Source of the DNA: Candidatus Methylomirabilota bacterium
Lineage (GTDB): Bacteria; Verrucomicrobiota; Verrucomicrobiia; Limisphaerales; UBA11358
NCBI GenBank assembly: GCA_035644195.1
Contig: DASQOZ010000015.1
Span: forward strand, 7,580-71,579
DNA length: 64,000 nt
Reading direction: 5' to 3'
The stretch's first letter is position 1, and every line of letters begins with the position of its first letter. The notes below the pieces were generated by a model. It did not search any database, had not been told where the DNA came from, and was given only the letters and a program-made list of their open reading frames with translations. A program made the translations under genes and the position numbers. This document shows, in pieces, positions 24,977-34,188 of the stretch.

Positions 24977-26938
24977 ATGAAGTTTCAATCCGTCGCCGTA
25001 TTTGTGGCGCTGCTGTTTTTTTCGGTGGCCGCGCGCGCCCAGACGACGGTGTTCACTTATCAGGGCCAGTTGAGCAACAGCAACGCTCCCGCCAACGGTC
25101 TTTATGATTTTCGTTTCCGGCTGTTCGACGTGAGCAGCAATGTCGTCGCCGGACCAATCACCAATTCTCCCGGCGGCGTGACGAATGGACTTTTTTCCGC
25201 AACATTGAATTTCGGCAGCGCGGTTTTTGACGGCAGCGACCGATGGCTGGAAATCGCCGTCCGCAGCAACGGAACCGCCAGCGCGTTCATTTCGCTCTCG
25301 CCGTTGCAACAAATCACTTCGACGCCTTATGCGATCCGCGCCGTCAACGCGGCGAGTGCGATGGTTTTGGCCGCGCCGCTTCAGGGAACAAATGTCGTTG
25401 GAATCATTCCCGTCGCGAATCTGCCGTCCAATGTCACGTTCCTCAACAGCAACCAGACGTTCACTGCCGCAAATACTTTTTCCGGCGCGATGACGGCTAC
25501 GAATGCGGCGAATGTTTTTGCGGGCAACGGTTTTGGGCTAACGAGCCTTTCCGCGACAAATCTCGTCGGCACGTTGCCGGATGCGCGGTTGTCGCCAAAT
25601 GTGGCGTTTCTAAACACAAACGCGAATTTCCAAACGAATGTGAACGCGGTGTTGTTCACCGGAAGCGGCCATGGATTGACAAACGTGCCGGGCGCATTTT
25701 TTTGGGTGACGGTCGCGGGAACGAATGTCCAGGCACAATCCAATGTCGGTTACATTTGCACGAATGACGTGACGCCGATGACGATTACGCTGCCAGCTTC
25801 GCTCAGCATTGGCGATACTTTCAAAGTCGCCGGAATCGGTGATGCGGGTTGGATCATTGCGCAAACGAACGGGCAAACCATTTTTGCCGGAAATCTTTCG
25901 CGCAGCATTGGTCAAAGCTGGAAATCAAACGGCCTTGTGTTGAACTGGGCGGCAATCGCCTCATCATCTGATGGAGGCAAGCTCGCCGCAGTCGTCAACG
26001 GCGGACAAATTTACACTTCAACAAATTTCGGTTCGACGTGGACTGCGCGGGCAAGCAGTTTGAATTGGGCGGCAATCGCTTCATCTGCCAGCGGAACGAA
26101 ACTTGTCGCCGCAGAAGGCTACACGGTCTACAACGCAGCCGGTTCTGGATTCATTTACACTTCGACCGATTCCGGGGCGAATTGGACGGCGCGAAATATG
26201 AGTGTGGCCTGGTCGGGCGTGGCGTCTTCCGCCGATGGAGCGAAACTCGTCGCGACGATTCACAACAACAGTAATGGCGGCATTTACACGTCCATAAATT
26301 CCGGCACAAATTGGACGGCGCGCGACAGCGCACGGCTTTGGTCAGCGGTGGCTTCATCTGCCGACGGAACAAAGCTCGTGGCGACGGTTGATGGCGGCGG
26401 CATTTACACGTCAATCAATTCCGGCACGAACTGGCTGCAACGCACCAATGGCGCATCGTCGTGGACATCGGTCGCATCTTCTTCGGACGGAACACGGTTG
26501 ATTGCGACGACGACCGCCGCCGGCATTTTTATTTCACCCGATTCAGGCGTGACGTGGATTCCGCAAAATTCTCCGGTGACGGGCAGCAGCCGGATTGCAT
26601 CCGTCGCGTCATCCGCCGACGGGGCACGGCTTGCAGTGGCTTTCGGCGACGTGTCCATAACGGGAAATGTTTATGGCTCATCCGACGCCGGCGCAACCTG
26701 GCCGCAATTTGCCGGTGTGCCGAAGACGTTTTGGTCGGGAATCGCATCATCCGCCGACGGCAGCGTGCTTGCCGCGACGGTTTATGGCGGCGGCATTTAC
26801 GTTTCGTCCCAAAACAGCACAACGGCCGGCACGGCTGGTTATTTGATCGGCGGACAACACAGCGCGATTGAATTGATTTACACCGGCAGTGGAAATTTTC
26901 TGCCATTAAATCACGAGGGAACCATTCGCGCATATTAA
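24977..26938 (+). CDS. secreted protein: tail-fibre-like N-terminal repeats + 7-bladed BNR/Asp-box beta-propeller
   Basis: It has the signal 'MKFQSVAVFVALLFFSVAARA' and an N-terminal 'FTYQGQL...NG.YDFRF.LFD'. Seven blades carry 'IYTS.(N/D)SG.(N/T)W'. Confidence 0.8.
   Translation: MKFQSVAVFVALLFFSVAARAQTTVFTYQGQLSNSNAPANGLYDFRFRLFDVSSNVVAGPITNSPGGVTNGLFSATLNFGSAVFDGSDRWLEIAVRSNGTASAFISLSPLQQITSTPYAIRAVNAASAMVLAAPLQGTNVVGIIPVANLPSNVTFLNSNQTFTAANTFSGAMTATNAANVFAGNGFGLTSLSATNLVGTLPDARLSPNVAFLNTNANFQTNVNAVLFTGSGHGLTNVPGAFFWVTVAGTNVQAQSNVGYICTNDVTPMTITLPASLSIGDTFKVAGIGDAGWIIAQTNGQTIFAGNLSRSIGQSWKSNGLVLNWAAIASSSDGGKLAAVVNGGQIYTSTNFGSTWTARASSLNWAAIASSASGTKLVAAEGYTVYNAAGSGFIYTSTDSGANWTARNMSVAWSGVASSADGAKLVATIHNNSNGGIYTSINSGTNWTARDSARLWSAVASSADGTKLVATVDGGGIYTSINSGTNWLQRTNGASSWTSVASSSDGTRLIATTTAAGIFISPDSGVTWIPQNSPVTGSSRIASVASSADGARLAVAFGDVSITGNVYGSSDAGATWPQFAGVPKTFWSGIASSADGSVLAATVYGGGIYVSSQNSTTAGTAGYLIGGQHSAIELIYTGSGNFLPLNHEGTIRAY
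25941..26812 (+). repeat. seven tandem ~120-145 nt coding repeats (propeller blades)
   Basis: The strings 'W(A/S).(I/V)ASS.DG.KL(V/A)A....GGIYTS.NSG..W' recur seven times. Confidence 0.75.
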
Positions 26939-26943
26939 AACGG

Positions 26944-28848
26944 ATGAACCGGGAAGCGTTGGACAAATTTTTTGAGCGTGGAATTCTCGCGCTCGTGCTC
27001 GCCATTTTGGTTTTCGCGCCGCTCGCGTTCGGCGCGGTGGACGCATGGGCATTTCTGGTCGTTCAAGGTTTGACGGTTTGCGTCATGCTTTTCTGGGCGC
27101 TGCGACTTTGGAACAGTCCAAAGCCGCAATTATTTTGGCCGCCGACTTGCTGGGCAGTCCTTGCTTTCACCCTTTACGCCGTTGCGCGCTATTTCACGGC
27201 GGACATCGAATACGTCGCGCGTCAGGAATTGATTCAAATTCTTGTTTGCGCCTTTCTTTTTTTTGCCATCGTCAACAATTTGTATCGGCAGGAATTTTCG
27301 CAGGCCATCAGCTTCACGTTGATTTTTCTGGGAATGGTGATTTCCGCTTGCGCCGTCTTTCAATTTTTCACGCATTCCAACCGCGTCTGGAATTTGATTT
27401 CACCTTATGGCGGCCGCGCCTCGGGCACTTATATTTCGCCGAATAATCTGGCGGGGTTTCTCGAAATGCTTTTGCCGCTGGCAACGGCTTACGTTCTGGC
27501 CGGCCGCATGAAACCGGTGGCGCGAATTTTAATTGCTTACGCGGCACTGGTCGTGATGGCAGGCATGGCCGTGACTTTTTCGCGCGGCGGCTGGGCGGCG
27601 GCGGCGATTGGATTGTTCGCCGTGCTCGGCATCATGCTCGGCCGGCGCAGTCAACGGATTCCGGCGCTGGCGCTGTTGATCGTTCTGCTCGCGGGCGGCG
27701 GCTTCGTCGCGAAAAATTATTTGAGCAAAACGGTCGCTTACATGGATCGCGTGAAAGACGTTGCCGATAACGGACAGGTTGACCTGGATATGCGCCGCGA
27801 CATGTGGCGCGCGGCTGAAGAAATGTGGCGCGGCCATTTTTGGTTCGGCGTCGGCCCGGCGCATTACAACTATCGCTTCCGCGAATATCGTCCGCCGCGC
27901 GTGCAATTGCAGCCCGACCGCGCGCACAACGATTATCTGAATCTGCTCGCGGATTGGGGAACGACCGGCGGAATCATCGTGCTGGCCGGAATGACCTTTT
28001 TTGCCGCCGGCCTTTTGCAAACGCGGAAACACGTTCAGCGAACGGAAAAAAATCTCGGCGGCAGCGGCTTGAGCAATCGCTTCGCCTTTTTCACCGGCGC
28101 ATCGGCGGGATTGCTGGCGCTGGCGGCGCATTCATTTGTGGATTTTAACCTGCACATTCCTGCCAACGCGATTCTTGGCGTGACATTGCTTGCGTTGCTG
28201 ACGGGCAATTTGCGATTTGCCACGGAACGCCATTGGCTGAATTTGCGGACGCCGATAAAAATTTTAACCACCGCCGCGCTGGCCTGCGGAATTTTTTATC
28301 TGAGCCGGCAGGAATCGCGTTGCGCCGCCGAAACTTATTGGCTGCAACACGCGCAATCGCCGGAACTTTCGTTGCTCGAACGCGCGGCCATTTTGGAAAA
28401 GGCGTTCGCCGCCGAGCCGAAAAATTTTGAAACGGCCTATGACATCGGCGAAGCGTATCGCATGCAAAGTTTTGAAGGCGTGCCGGAGTATCAGCAACAG
28501 GCGGAAACGGCTTTGCGCTGGTTCGCGCGCGCAAAAGCGCTCAATCGCTTCGACGGCTACAGCGATTTGAGAACGGGCATGTGTTTGGACTGGCTCGACC
28601 GCCACGCCGAATCGGAAAAATTTTACAGTGACGCCGAAGCCCTCGATCCCAACGGCTATTTCACTGTGGCCAACATCGGCTGGCATTACGTCCAGGTGCG
28701 GGATTATGCCGCCGCGCGCGAATGGCTGGAACGCTCGCTGCAACTCGAATGGGACGAAAATATCATCGGCCGGTCGTATCTGGATTTGGTCCGCCAAAAG
28801 CTGATTGAAAATGCTTCCGGCAAAAATCCATTGCCGCCGGGCTTTTGA
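26944..28848 (+). CDS. O-antigen ligase/polymerase (Wzy_C)-family membrane protein with C-terminal TPR region
   Basis: It is polytopic and has the 'VTFSRGGW' Wzy_C loop and a 'RAHNDYLNLLADWG' motif. The C-terminal ~180 aa are TPR-like. Confidence 0.8.
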   Translation: MNREALDKFFERGILALVLAILVFAPLAFGAVDAWAFLVVQGLTVCVMLFWALRLWNSPKPQLFWPPTCWAVLAFTLYAVARYFTADIEYVARQELIQILVCAFLFFAIVNNLYRQEFSQAISFTLIFLGMVISACAVFQFFTHSNRVWNLISPYGGRASGTYISPNNLAGFLEMLLPLATAYVLAGRMKPVARILIAYAALVVMAGMAVTFSRGGWAAAAIGLFAVLGIMLGRRSQRIPALALLIVLLAGGGFVAKNYLSKTVAYMDRVKDVADNGQVDLDMRRDMWRAAEEMWRGHFWFGVGPAHYNYRFREYRPPRVQLQPDRAHNDYLNLLADWGTTGGIIVLAGMTFFAAGLLQTRKHVQRTEKNLGGSGLSNRFAFFTGASAGLLALAAHSFVDFNLHIPANAILGVTLLALLTGNLRFATERHWLNLRTPIKILTTAALACGIFYLSRQESRCAAETYWLQHAQSPELSLLERAAILEKAFAAEPKNFETAYDIGEAYRMQSFEGVPEYQQQAETALRWFARAKALNRFDGYSDLRTGMCLDWLDRHAESEKFYSDAEALDPNGYFTVANIGWHYVQVRDYAAAREWLERSLQLEWDENIIGRSYLDLVRQKLIENASGKNPLPPGF

Positions 28849-28896
28849 ACGCTGAATTCACTTTGCGCAATGCGCGCTGCAAATTAACTTTTCCGC

Positions 28897-30045
28897 ATGA
28901 CGCTGGCCGAAATTCTGTCGAATGAAGAACTGCGCCGCAGCGAATTTCCCGTGTCGCGCGGAAAAATTTTCCTCGCGCACGCCGGCGTTTGCCCGCTGCC
29001 GCGCCGCGTGGCCGATGCGATTTCCGATTGCGCGAAGCAATCCACTCTCGGTGATCAGGAAGCGTTCATGCTTCATCGCCTCGCCGACGCGCGGAAACTT
29101 GGCGCGCAATTGTTGAATTGCCAGCCGGAAGAAATAGCGCTTGTCGGCCCGACGTCGCTCGCGTTGAGCTTCGTCGCCGCCGGTTTGAAATTCCGGCGCG
29201 GCGACAACATTCTCATTTATCACGATGATTATCCGTCGAATGTTTATCCGTGGATGGCGCTCGCGGAACGCGGCGTCGAAGTGCGTTTGCTCAACACGCG
29301 CGGCCTCGGCGTGATCCGTCCGCGCGATGTCATCGGACAAATTGACGAAAATACCCGGTTGGTGGCGCTCGCATCATGCCATTTCATCAGCGGCTTCCGG
29401 CTTGAACACGAAGCCATCGGAAAATTTCTGCGCGAACGCGGGATTTTATTTTGCCTCGACGCGATTCAAACGCTCGGCGCATTTCCAACGACGGTCGAAC
29501 ACGTGGATTTTCTTGCCGCCGACGCGCATAAATGGCTGCTCGGCCCGTGCGCGGCGGGAATTTTTTACGTCCGGCGCGAGCTTCAGGAAAAATTGGTTCC
29601 GCCGGTTTACGGCTGGCACAACGTGCGGAATCCGAATTTCGTCGCGCAGGAAAAAATCGAATTTCGCAGCAGCGCGGCAAAATTTGAAGCCGGTTCGCAA
29701 AATTTGATCGGCCTTGTCGGTTTGATTGCCGCGATGGAACTGGCTTTGGAAATCGGCATCGAAAATATCTCTGCTGAATTGTTGCGCAAACGCGCTTTGC
29801 TTGTTCCTGCGTTGCAGGCAAAAGGCTTCACCGTTTTGAATGCCGACGCAAAAACTGAAAATGCGAGCGGCATCGTTTCATTTTTCCAAGCCGGAAAAGA
29901 TTTGACCGCTTTGCACAAAAAACTTTCGGATGCCGGAATCATCGCGTCTCTGCGCGTGGATCGCAAAGGGCAAAATTACATCCGCCTCTCGCCGCATTTT
30001 TACAACACAGACGCGGAATTACAGCGCGTTTTAGATTTGGTGTAA
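28897..30045 (+). CDS. class V aminotransferase-fold PLP enzyme (cysteine desulfurase/epimerase-like)
   Basis: It has 'FLAADAHKWLLGP' with the PLP lysine, and is ~380 aa. Confidence 0.8.
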   Translation: MTLAEILSNEELRRSEFPVSRGKIFLAHAGVCPLPRRVADAISDCAKQSTLGDQEAFMLHRLADARKLGAQLLNCQPEEIALVGPTSLALSFVAAGLKFRRGDNILIYHDDYPSNVYPWMALAERGVEVRLLNTRGLGVIRPRDVIGQIDENTRLVALASCHFISGFRLEHEAIGKFLRERGILFCLDAIQTLGAFPTTVEHVDFLAADAHKWLLGPCAAGIFYVRRELQEKLVPPVYGWHNVRNPNFVAQEKIEFRSSAAKFEAGSQNLIGLVGLIAAMELALEIGIENISAELLRKRALLVPALQAKGFTVLNADAKTENASGIVSFFQAGKDLTALHKKLSDAGIIASLRVDRKGQNYIRLSPHFYNTDAELQRVLDLV

Positions 30046-30771
30046 TTCTTTGGACGGATTGGTCGATTGATAAATTTTTTGAATCTCTTCCGCCGTCAAC
30101 GCACGATTAAAAAGCATCAAATTCTGCATAGTTCCATCAAATTTTGAACGGTTGGCATTGCTGGCTGGATCTGGCACGCCGATGTAAAGGTTATTTGGCA
30201 CGTCAAAATTAATATCGTCACTGGTTCCTTCATTGAATGCATCATTCGTAGGTTGTCCATTAATATAAAACTGTGCGATTTTTGTCTGGTCATCAATTGT
30301 AAATGCCACATGAATCCATTCACCAAGATGATTATTTATCCAACGGCCGTTGGCGTTGTGTGTTACAATTTCAGTGCCACCACTCACGAATAGGAGATCA
30401 TTGTCGCCGTTGGCATTGAGTAAAAATTCATACCCGCCATAGGCTCCAGGAGATTGATTTCCCCCTTTGCTTAATAGCACTGGAAATTCACTAGGGATTG
30501 AGTTCGGTTTAATCCAAACCGTAAAAGTTAACTGATGAGTTTGCTGCATGGAAGCTAATGAAGGACTATTTGAAACGATGATTCCGGTGGCCTTCCCATT
30601 GTTGTGTTGGCTGCTAAAATCCTTGATTTGCTGCTGACCTATTGCGTCCAGCGGAAAATAAAGAACCGATTCTCTTTGCGGCGGCTGGACGAAAGTTGAA
30701 CATGCCGTTGGAAGTAACAACAAGCAAGCAAGCCATAATTTGCCAAACCCAATGCAGCGCTTTTTATTCAT
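30031..30771 (-). CDS. LamG (concanavalin A-like lectin) domain lipoprotein
   Basis: It has the lipobox 'LLLPTAC' and a C-terminal 'GTMQNLMLFNRALTAEEIQKIY' typical of Laminin_G_3. Confidence 0.75.
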   Translation of the reverse strand: MNKKRCIGFGKLWLACLLLLPTACSTFVQPPQRESVLYFPLDAIGQQQIKDFSSQHNNGKATGIIVSNSPSLASMQQTHQLTFTVWIKPNSIPSEFPVLLSKGGNQSPGAYGGYEFLLNANGDNDLLFVSGGTEIVTHNANGRWINNHLGEWIHVAFTIDDQTKIAQFYINGQPTNDAFNEGTSDDINFDVPNNLYIGVPDPASNANRSKFDGTMQNLMLFNRALTAEEIQKIYQSTNPSKELHQI

Positions 30772-30831
30772 AGTAATGACACACATAACTTTTCTTCTTT
30801 TGGCAAGTCAAGCAACAAAATGCCGAATTTT

Positions 30832-32817
30832 TTACTGCGTCCGTCCAAACTTTTTCTCCAGTTCGCGGTAGTTCATTTCAATCAGCGTCGGGCGGCCATG
30901 CGGACAGGTGTAAGGCATCGCACAACGGCGCAAATCTTCCACGAGATTTTCCAATTCCGGCCCGGCGAGAAAATCATTTGCCTTCACCGCATGACGGCAA
31001 ACAGTTTTGGCAACGGTGTGTTCGCCAAGCCGCGCGAGATTGACTTCGCGCCCGGCGGCTTTCAATTCGTCCACCAAATCCAAGACAAATTTCCGCGCGT
31101 CCGCGGCTTTGACAAATGGCGGCAGCGCGTCCAAGAGAAAAGTGCGCTCGCCAAATTCGCTCAAGCCGACGCCGAGTTTTGTCAGGACAGTTAATTGGTC
31201 GCGCAGAAAATTCGCGTCGCGCGGCGAAAGCTCGATGGTCTCCGGCAATAACAATTTTTGCGACGGCGCAAACTCGTTTTGTTCGAGGCGGTTGAGCATT
31301 TGCTCGAACAAAATCCGTTCGTGCGCCGCGTGCTGATCGAGCAAAACCAATCCGCGATCTGATTCGAGAAGCACATAAAGTCTGCCGACGACGCCGACGA
31401 GCCGCAGCGGGACGTTCAAAAGCGGTGTTGCCGCAGACGGCGGAGAGCTAACCGCAGATTTCGCTGATGGCGCAGATGGGAAAATTTCTATTTTCTGATT
31501 TTTGATTTCAGAGTGAATTGGCGCAGGCGCGACGGGCGATGTCGCCGAGAAGCCCATTTTCAAAGGCGTTTGTGCGGTTGGCAGAATTTGTGGCGTCGTC
31601 GCTGGTTTTAATTTTTCTGGAAAATGCGGAAGCGAAGTTTGCTCAATGGATTTTTCAATTTGTTCTTCTCCGCGTCTCTGTGTCTCTGCGTTAAAAGTTT
31701 TTTCAGGTTCGCCGTGAAACGCGAGCAATGTCTCCTTGACCGCCTGCGCGACGAATTTTCGCACTTCAAATTCGCGGTGAAATTTCACCTCGCGCTTGGA
31801 GGGATGGATGTTCACGTCCACGGCGGCGGGATCAATTTCCAGAAACAGGCAGCAGACCGGATAGCGGCCTTTCATCAGCGACGTGTGATAGCCTTCGATG
31901 AGCGCGTAATTGACGCCGCGATTTTCCACCGGCCGGCGGTTGACAAAAATGAACTGGCTCTCGCGCGTCGCGCGGGAAACGCCGGGCGAACCGATCAGCC
32001 CCCAAATCCGTAGTGATGAGTGATGGGTGGCGAGTGACGCATTGTCTGGCGCAGATGTCTCAAATGAAATTTCATTTTCTTTCGGTCGAAAATCTTCTTC
32101 GAGAGACGCGGAAAAATTGACGGATAAAAGTTTTTCATCGCCGAGCAGCGCGCGGAGACGCTCGCGCAAAGCTTCGATGCGGCTCGAAGTGGCACGTTCG
32201 CTTTTGATAGCAGGCAATTGCCAGATGAGCCGTCCGTCTTTTTGAAACGTGAACGCGACTTCGGGAAATGCGAGCGCGGCGAGCGTCAAATAATGCTGAA
32301 TGTGGGCGGCTTCGGTCTCTTCCGTCCGCAAAAATTTCCGGCGCGCGGGCAGGTTGTAAAACAATTGCCGCACTTCGATGCTCGTGCCGGTCGCGCTTCC
32401 GGCGGCCTTGACTTCGGCAATCGTGCCGCCGTTGACGATGATTTGCGTGCCTTCGGGAGAATCATTTTCTCGCTCGCGCGTTGTTAAAATGAATCGGCTT
32501 ACGCTGGCGATGCTCGGCAATGCTTCGCCGCGAAAACCCATCGTGGCGATTGCGGCCAAATCTTCCGCGCGAACAATTTTGCTCGTCGCGTGCCGTTCGA
32601 GGCAAAGCAGCGCGTCGTCGCGGCTCATGCCAATGCCGTCGTCGGTGACGCGAATCAAGCTGCGTCCGCCCGCGCCGATTTCGACGGAAATTTTTTTTGC
32701 ATCGGCATCGAGCGAATTTTCGACGAGTTCTTTCACGACGCTGGCAGGCCGTTCAATCACTTCGCCGGCGGCGATTTGATTGGCAACTTGTTCGGAAAGA
32801 AGCTTGATGCGGTTCAC
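30832..32817 (-). CDS. mutL: DNA mismatch repair endonuclease MutL
   Basis: It has 'LSEQVANQIAAGEVIERPASVVKELVENSLDA' and the endonuclease motif 'DQHAAHERILFE'. A GTG start at 32817 avoids overlap with the upstream kinase gene. Confidence 0.9.
   Translation of the reverse strand: MNRIKLLSEQVANQIAAGEVIERPASVVKELVENSLDADAKKISVEIGAGGRSLIRVTDDGIGMSRDDALLCLERHATSKIVRAEDLAAIATMGFRGEALPSIASVSRFILTTRERENDSPEGTQIIVNGGTIAEVKAAGSATGTSIEVRQLFYNLPARRKFLRTEETEAAHIQHYLTLAALAFPEVAFTFQKDGRLIWQLPAIKSERATSSRIEALRERLRALLGDEKLLSVNFSASLEEDFRPKENEISFETSAPDNASLATHHSSLRIWGLIGSPGVSRATRESQFIFVNRRPVENRGVNYALIEGYHTSLMKGRYPVCCLFLEIDPAAVDVNIHPSKREVKFHREFEVRKFVAQAVKETLLAFHGEPEKTFNAETQRRGEEQIEKSIEQTSLPHFPEKLKPATTPQILPTAQTPLKMGFSATSPVAPAPIHSEIKNQKIEIFPSAPSAKSAVSSPPSAATPLLNVPLRLVGVVGRLYVLLESDRGLVLLDQHAAHERILFEQMLNRLEQNEFAPSQKLLLPETIELSPRDANFLRDQLTVLTKLGVGLSEFGERTFLLDALPPFVKAADARKFVLDLVDELKAAGREVNLARLGEHTVAKTVCRHAVKANDFLAGPELENLVEDLRRCAMPYTCPHGRPTLIEMNYRELEKKFGRTQ
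31449..31480 (-). repeat. leader-repeat-like element inside mutL linker (sense): CCCATCT-GCGCCATCA-GCGAAATCT-GCGGTTA
   Basis: It shares the GCG-N-GCG-N-GCGGTTA pattern of the intergenic family and encodes 'PSAPSAKSAVS'. Confidence 0.4.
31672..31695 (+). repeat. octamer-periodic repeat GCGTCTCT-GTGTCTCT-GCGTTAAA inside mutL (antisense)
   Basis: It has a 17-nt exact match (31679-31695 = 8100-8116) and 22/24 identity overall with the iscU leader copy. It encodes 'FNAETQRRGE' in the MutL linker. Confidence 0.65.
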
Positions 32818-32875
32818 ATCAGAATTTTGAATGCCGGATGACGAATGTCGAATTGAATTTGCTCGCGCGACAAAA

Positions 32876-33976
32876 TTATTTCGCCAGCGGCAGCGAGAAG
32901 CAAAAAATGGCGCCGTGGCCGGATTCAGTGCGCGTCCAAATTTTACCGCCGTGGTCTTCGATGGTTTTTTTGCAGATGGAAAGTCCCAAACCGGTGCCGT
33001 GGGATTTTCCGTGCGTGGCAAACGGCTGAAATAGTTTGTCGGCGATTTCCGGCGCGATGCCCGGGCCGGTGTCCTCGACTTCGGTGATGACTTCGTTTTT
33101 ATCGGCGTGAAAGCGCAGGAAAATTTTCCCATCGTCCGGCATCACGTCGGTTGCGTTGTGAATAAGATTGAAAAAAACGCGGTGCAACCGGCGAGCATCG
33201 AGAGTCACTTTGACCGGCGGCGGTTGATTTTCCATTTCGACACGTGCGGATTTGGCTTCAGCCTCGGCGCGAAGTTCCGGAAAAATTTCCGCGATAAAAT
33301 CGGAATAATTGACGGTCGTAAGCTTGGCGTCGGGCTGGCGGCTGCGGGTAAATTCCAGAATATCGCCGACCATGTCGTTGATGCGCCAGATTTGCTTGCG
33401 GATGCGTTCCTGCGATTGCGCGCGCTTTTCGGGCGTGGCATGGGGCATGCAGGCGATCTCGGCGGAAAGGCCGATGATGGTCAGCGGCGTTTTCAAATCA
33501 TGGATGATGCCGCGCGCGAAATTGCCGAGGACGGCGAGGCGTTCGGCCTGGATGACTTCGCGGAGGTGGAGCTGGTCGAATTCGCGAAGGCGATGGCTGA
33601 CTTCCTGCAGGATATTGAATGAAAGCCCCGGCGAATGCTGCAACAGCGCCAGCATTTCGCTGCGTGGAAGAAAATAAAACCGGGAATTTTTCACGGCCGT
33701 GGCGGTGGCAGAACGCGGACGGTCTTCGACGACCGCCATTTCTCCAAAAATTTCCCCGGGACCGCGCTGCGATAAAACGCGCCGTTGATTTTCACCAACC
33801 AGCGCGGAAATTTCCACCAAGCCGTCTCTCACGACGTAAATCCCGTCGCCCGGATCGCCTTCGCGGAAAATTTCACTGGCCGCAGCCGATTGGCGCTCCT
33901 GGGCAATTTTGCTCAATTCCTGCCATTCGGACGGCGGCAAAGTTCTGAATAAACTCGCTGATTCAATTTCTACCAC
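32876..33976 (-). CDS. cyclic-nucleotide-binding domain histidine kinase
   Basis: It has an N-terminal cNMP-binding domain 'IFREGDPGDGIYVVRDG...GEIFGEMAV', an H-box 'IIHDLKTPL' and an HATPase 'DTGPGI...GTGLGLSI'. Confidence 0.85.
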   Translation of the reverse strand: MVEIESASLFRTLPPSEWQELSKIAQERQSAAASEIFREGDPGDGIYVVRDGLVEISALVGENQRRVLSQRGPGEIFGEMAVVEDRPRSATATAVKNSRFYFLPRSEMLALLQHSPGLSFNILQEVSHRLREFDQLHLREVIQAERLAVLGNFARGIIHDLKTPLTIIGLSAEIACMPHATPEKRAQSQERIRKQIWRINDMVGDILEFTRSRQPDAKLTTVNYSDFIAEIFPELRAEAEAKSARVEMENQPPPVKVTLDARRLHRVFFNLIHNATDVMPDDGKIFLRFHADKNEVITEVEDTGPGIAPEIADKLFQPFATHGKSHGTGLGLSICKKTIEDHGGKIWTRTESGHGAIFCFSLPLAK

Positions 33977-34053
33977 GACGAAAACTTACGGCAAAATCGG
34001 TTGACGTAAAGCCAAGAGATACGCGGACAAACCGGCGTAAGGGTGATAACCTA

Positions 34054-34081
34054 TTGACAAAGAGTTGCTGAAACGTAACAT
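34054..34081 (+). promoter_or_regulatory. sigma70-like promoter TTGACA-N16-TAACAT
   Basis: The exact -35 consensus is at 34054-34059. The -10-like hexamer is at 34076-34081. No protein gene lies downstream on this strand before the tRNA. Confidence 0.4.
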
Positions 34082-34087
34082 TAACTT

Positions 34088-34160
34088 ATTCGGGTGGCAG
34101 CACGTTTCTTCAGCGGGGTTCCCCACCCCCACCTCCTTGGCGTCTGCTGCCCGAATTTTC
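34088..34160 (+). ncRNA. candidate small RNA: 13-bp stem enclosing a C-rich region, followed by UUUU
   Basis: AUUCGGGUGGCAG (34088-34100) pairs with CUGCUGCCCGAAU (34144-34156), including 2 G-U pairs. The enclosed region holds CCCC, CCCCC and CACCUCCUU, and UUUUC follows. Strand and existence are unproven. Confidence 0.3.
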
Positions 34161-34188
34161 GACCTCCTAAAACTTTCCGAAGCAAAAC

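Noticed and set aside
25941-26812. CRISPR-like or VNTR tandem repeat
   Set aside because: The repeats are 120-145 nt, in frame and diverged. They encode Asp-box propeller blades within one ORF, with no spacer structure.
32818-33132. N-terminal 104-codon extension of the mutL ORF (track ORF 30832..33132)
   Set aside because: The extension overlaps the 3' end of the cNMP-histidine-kinase gene in another frame and is Arg/Pro-rich. The conserved MutL N-terminus begins right after the GTG at 32817.
34088-34160. Possible SRP (4.5S) RNA
   Set aside because: I looked for the helix-8 signature, a GNAR tetraloop flanked by the conserved AGCA / GGAA-GCAGC asymmetric loops. The GGAA and 'GCAGC..CCAAGG'-like strings are in the wrong order and orientation on both strands.
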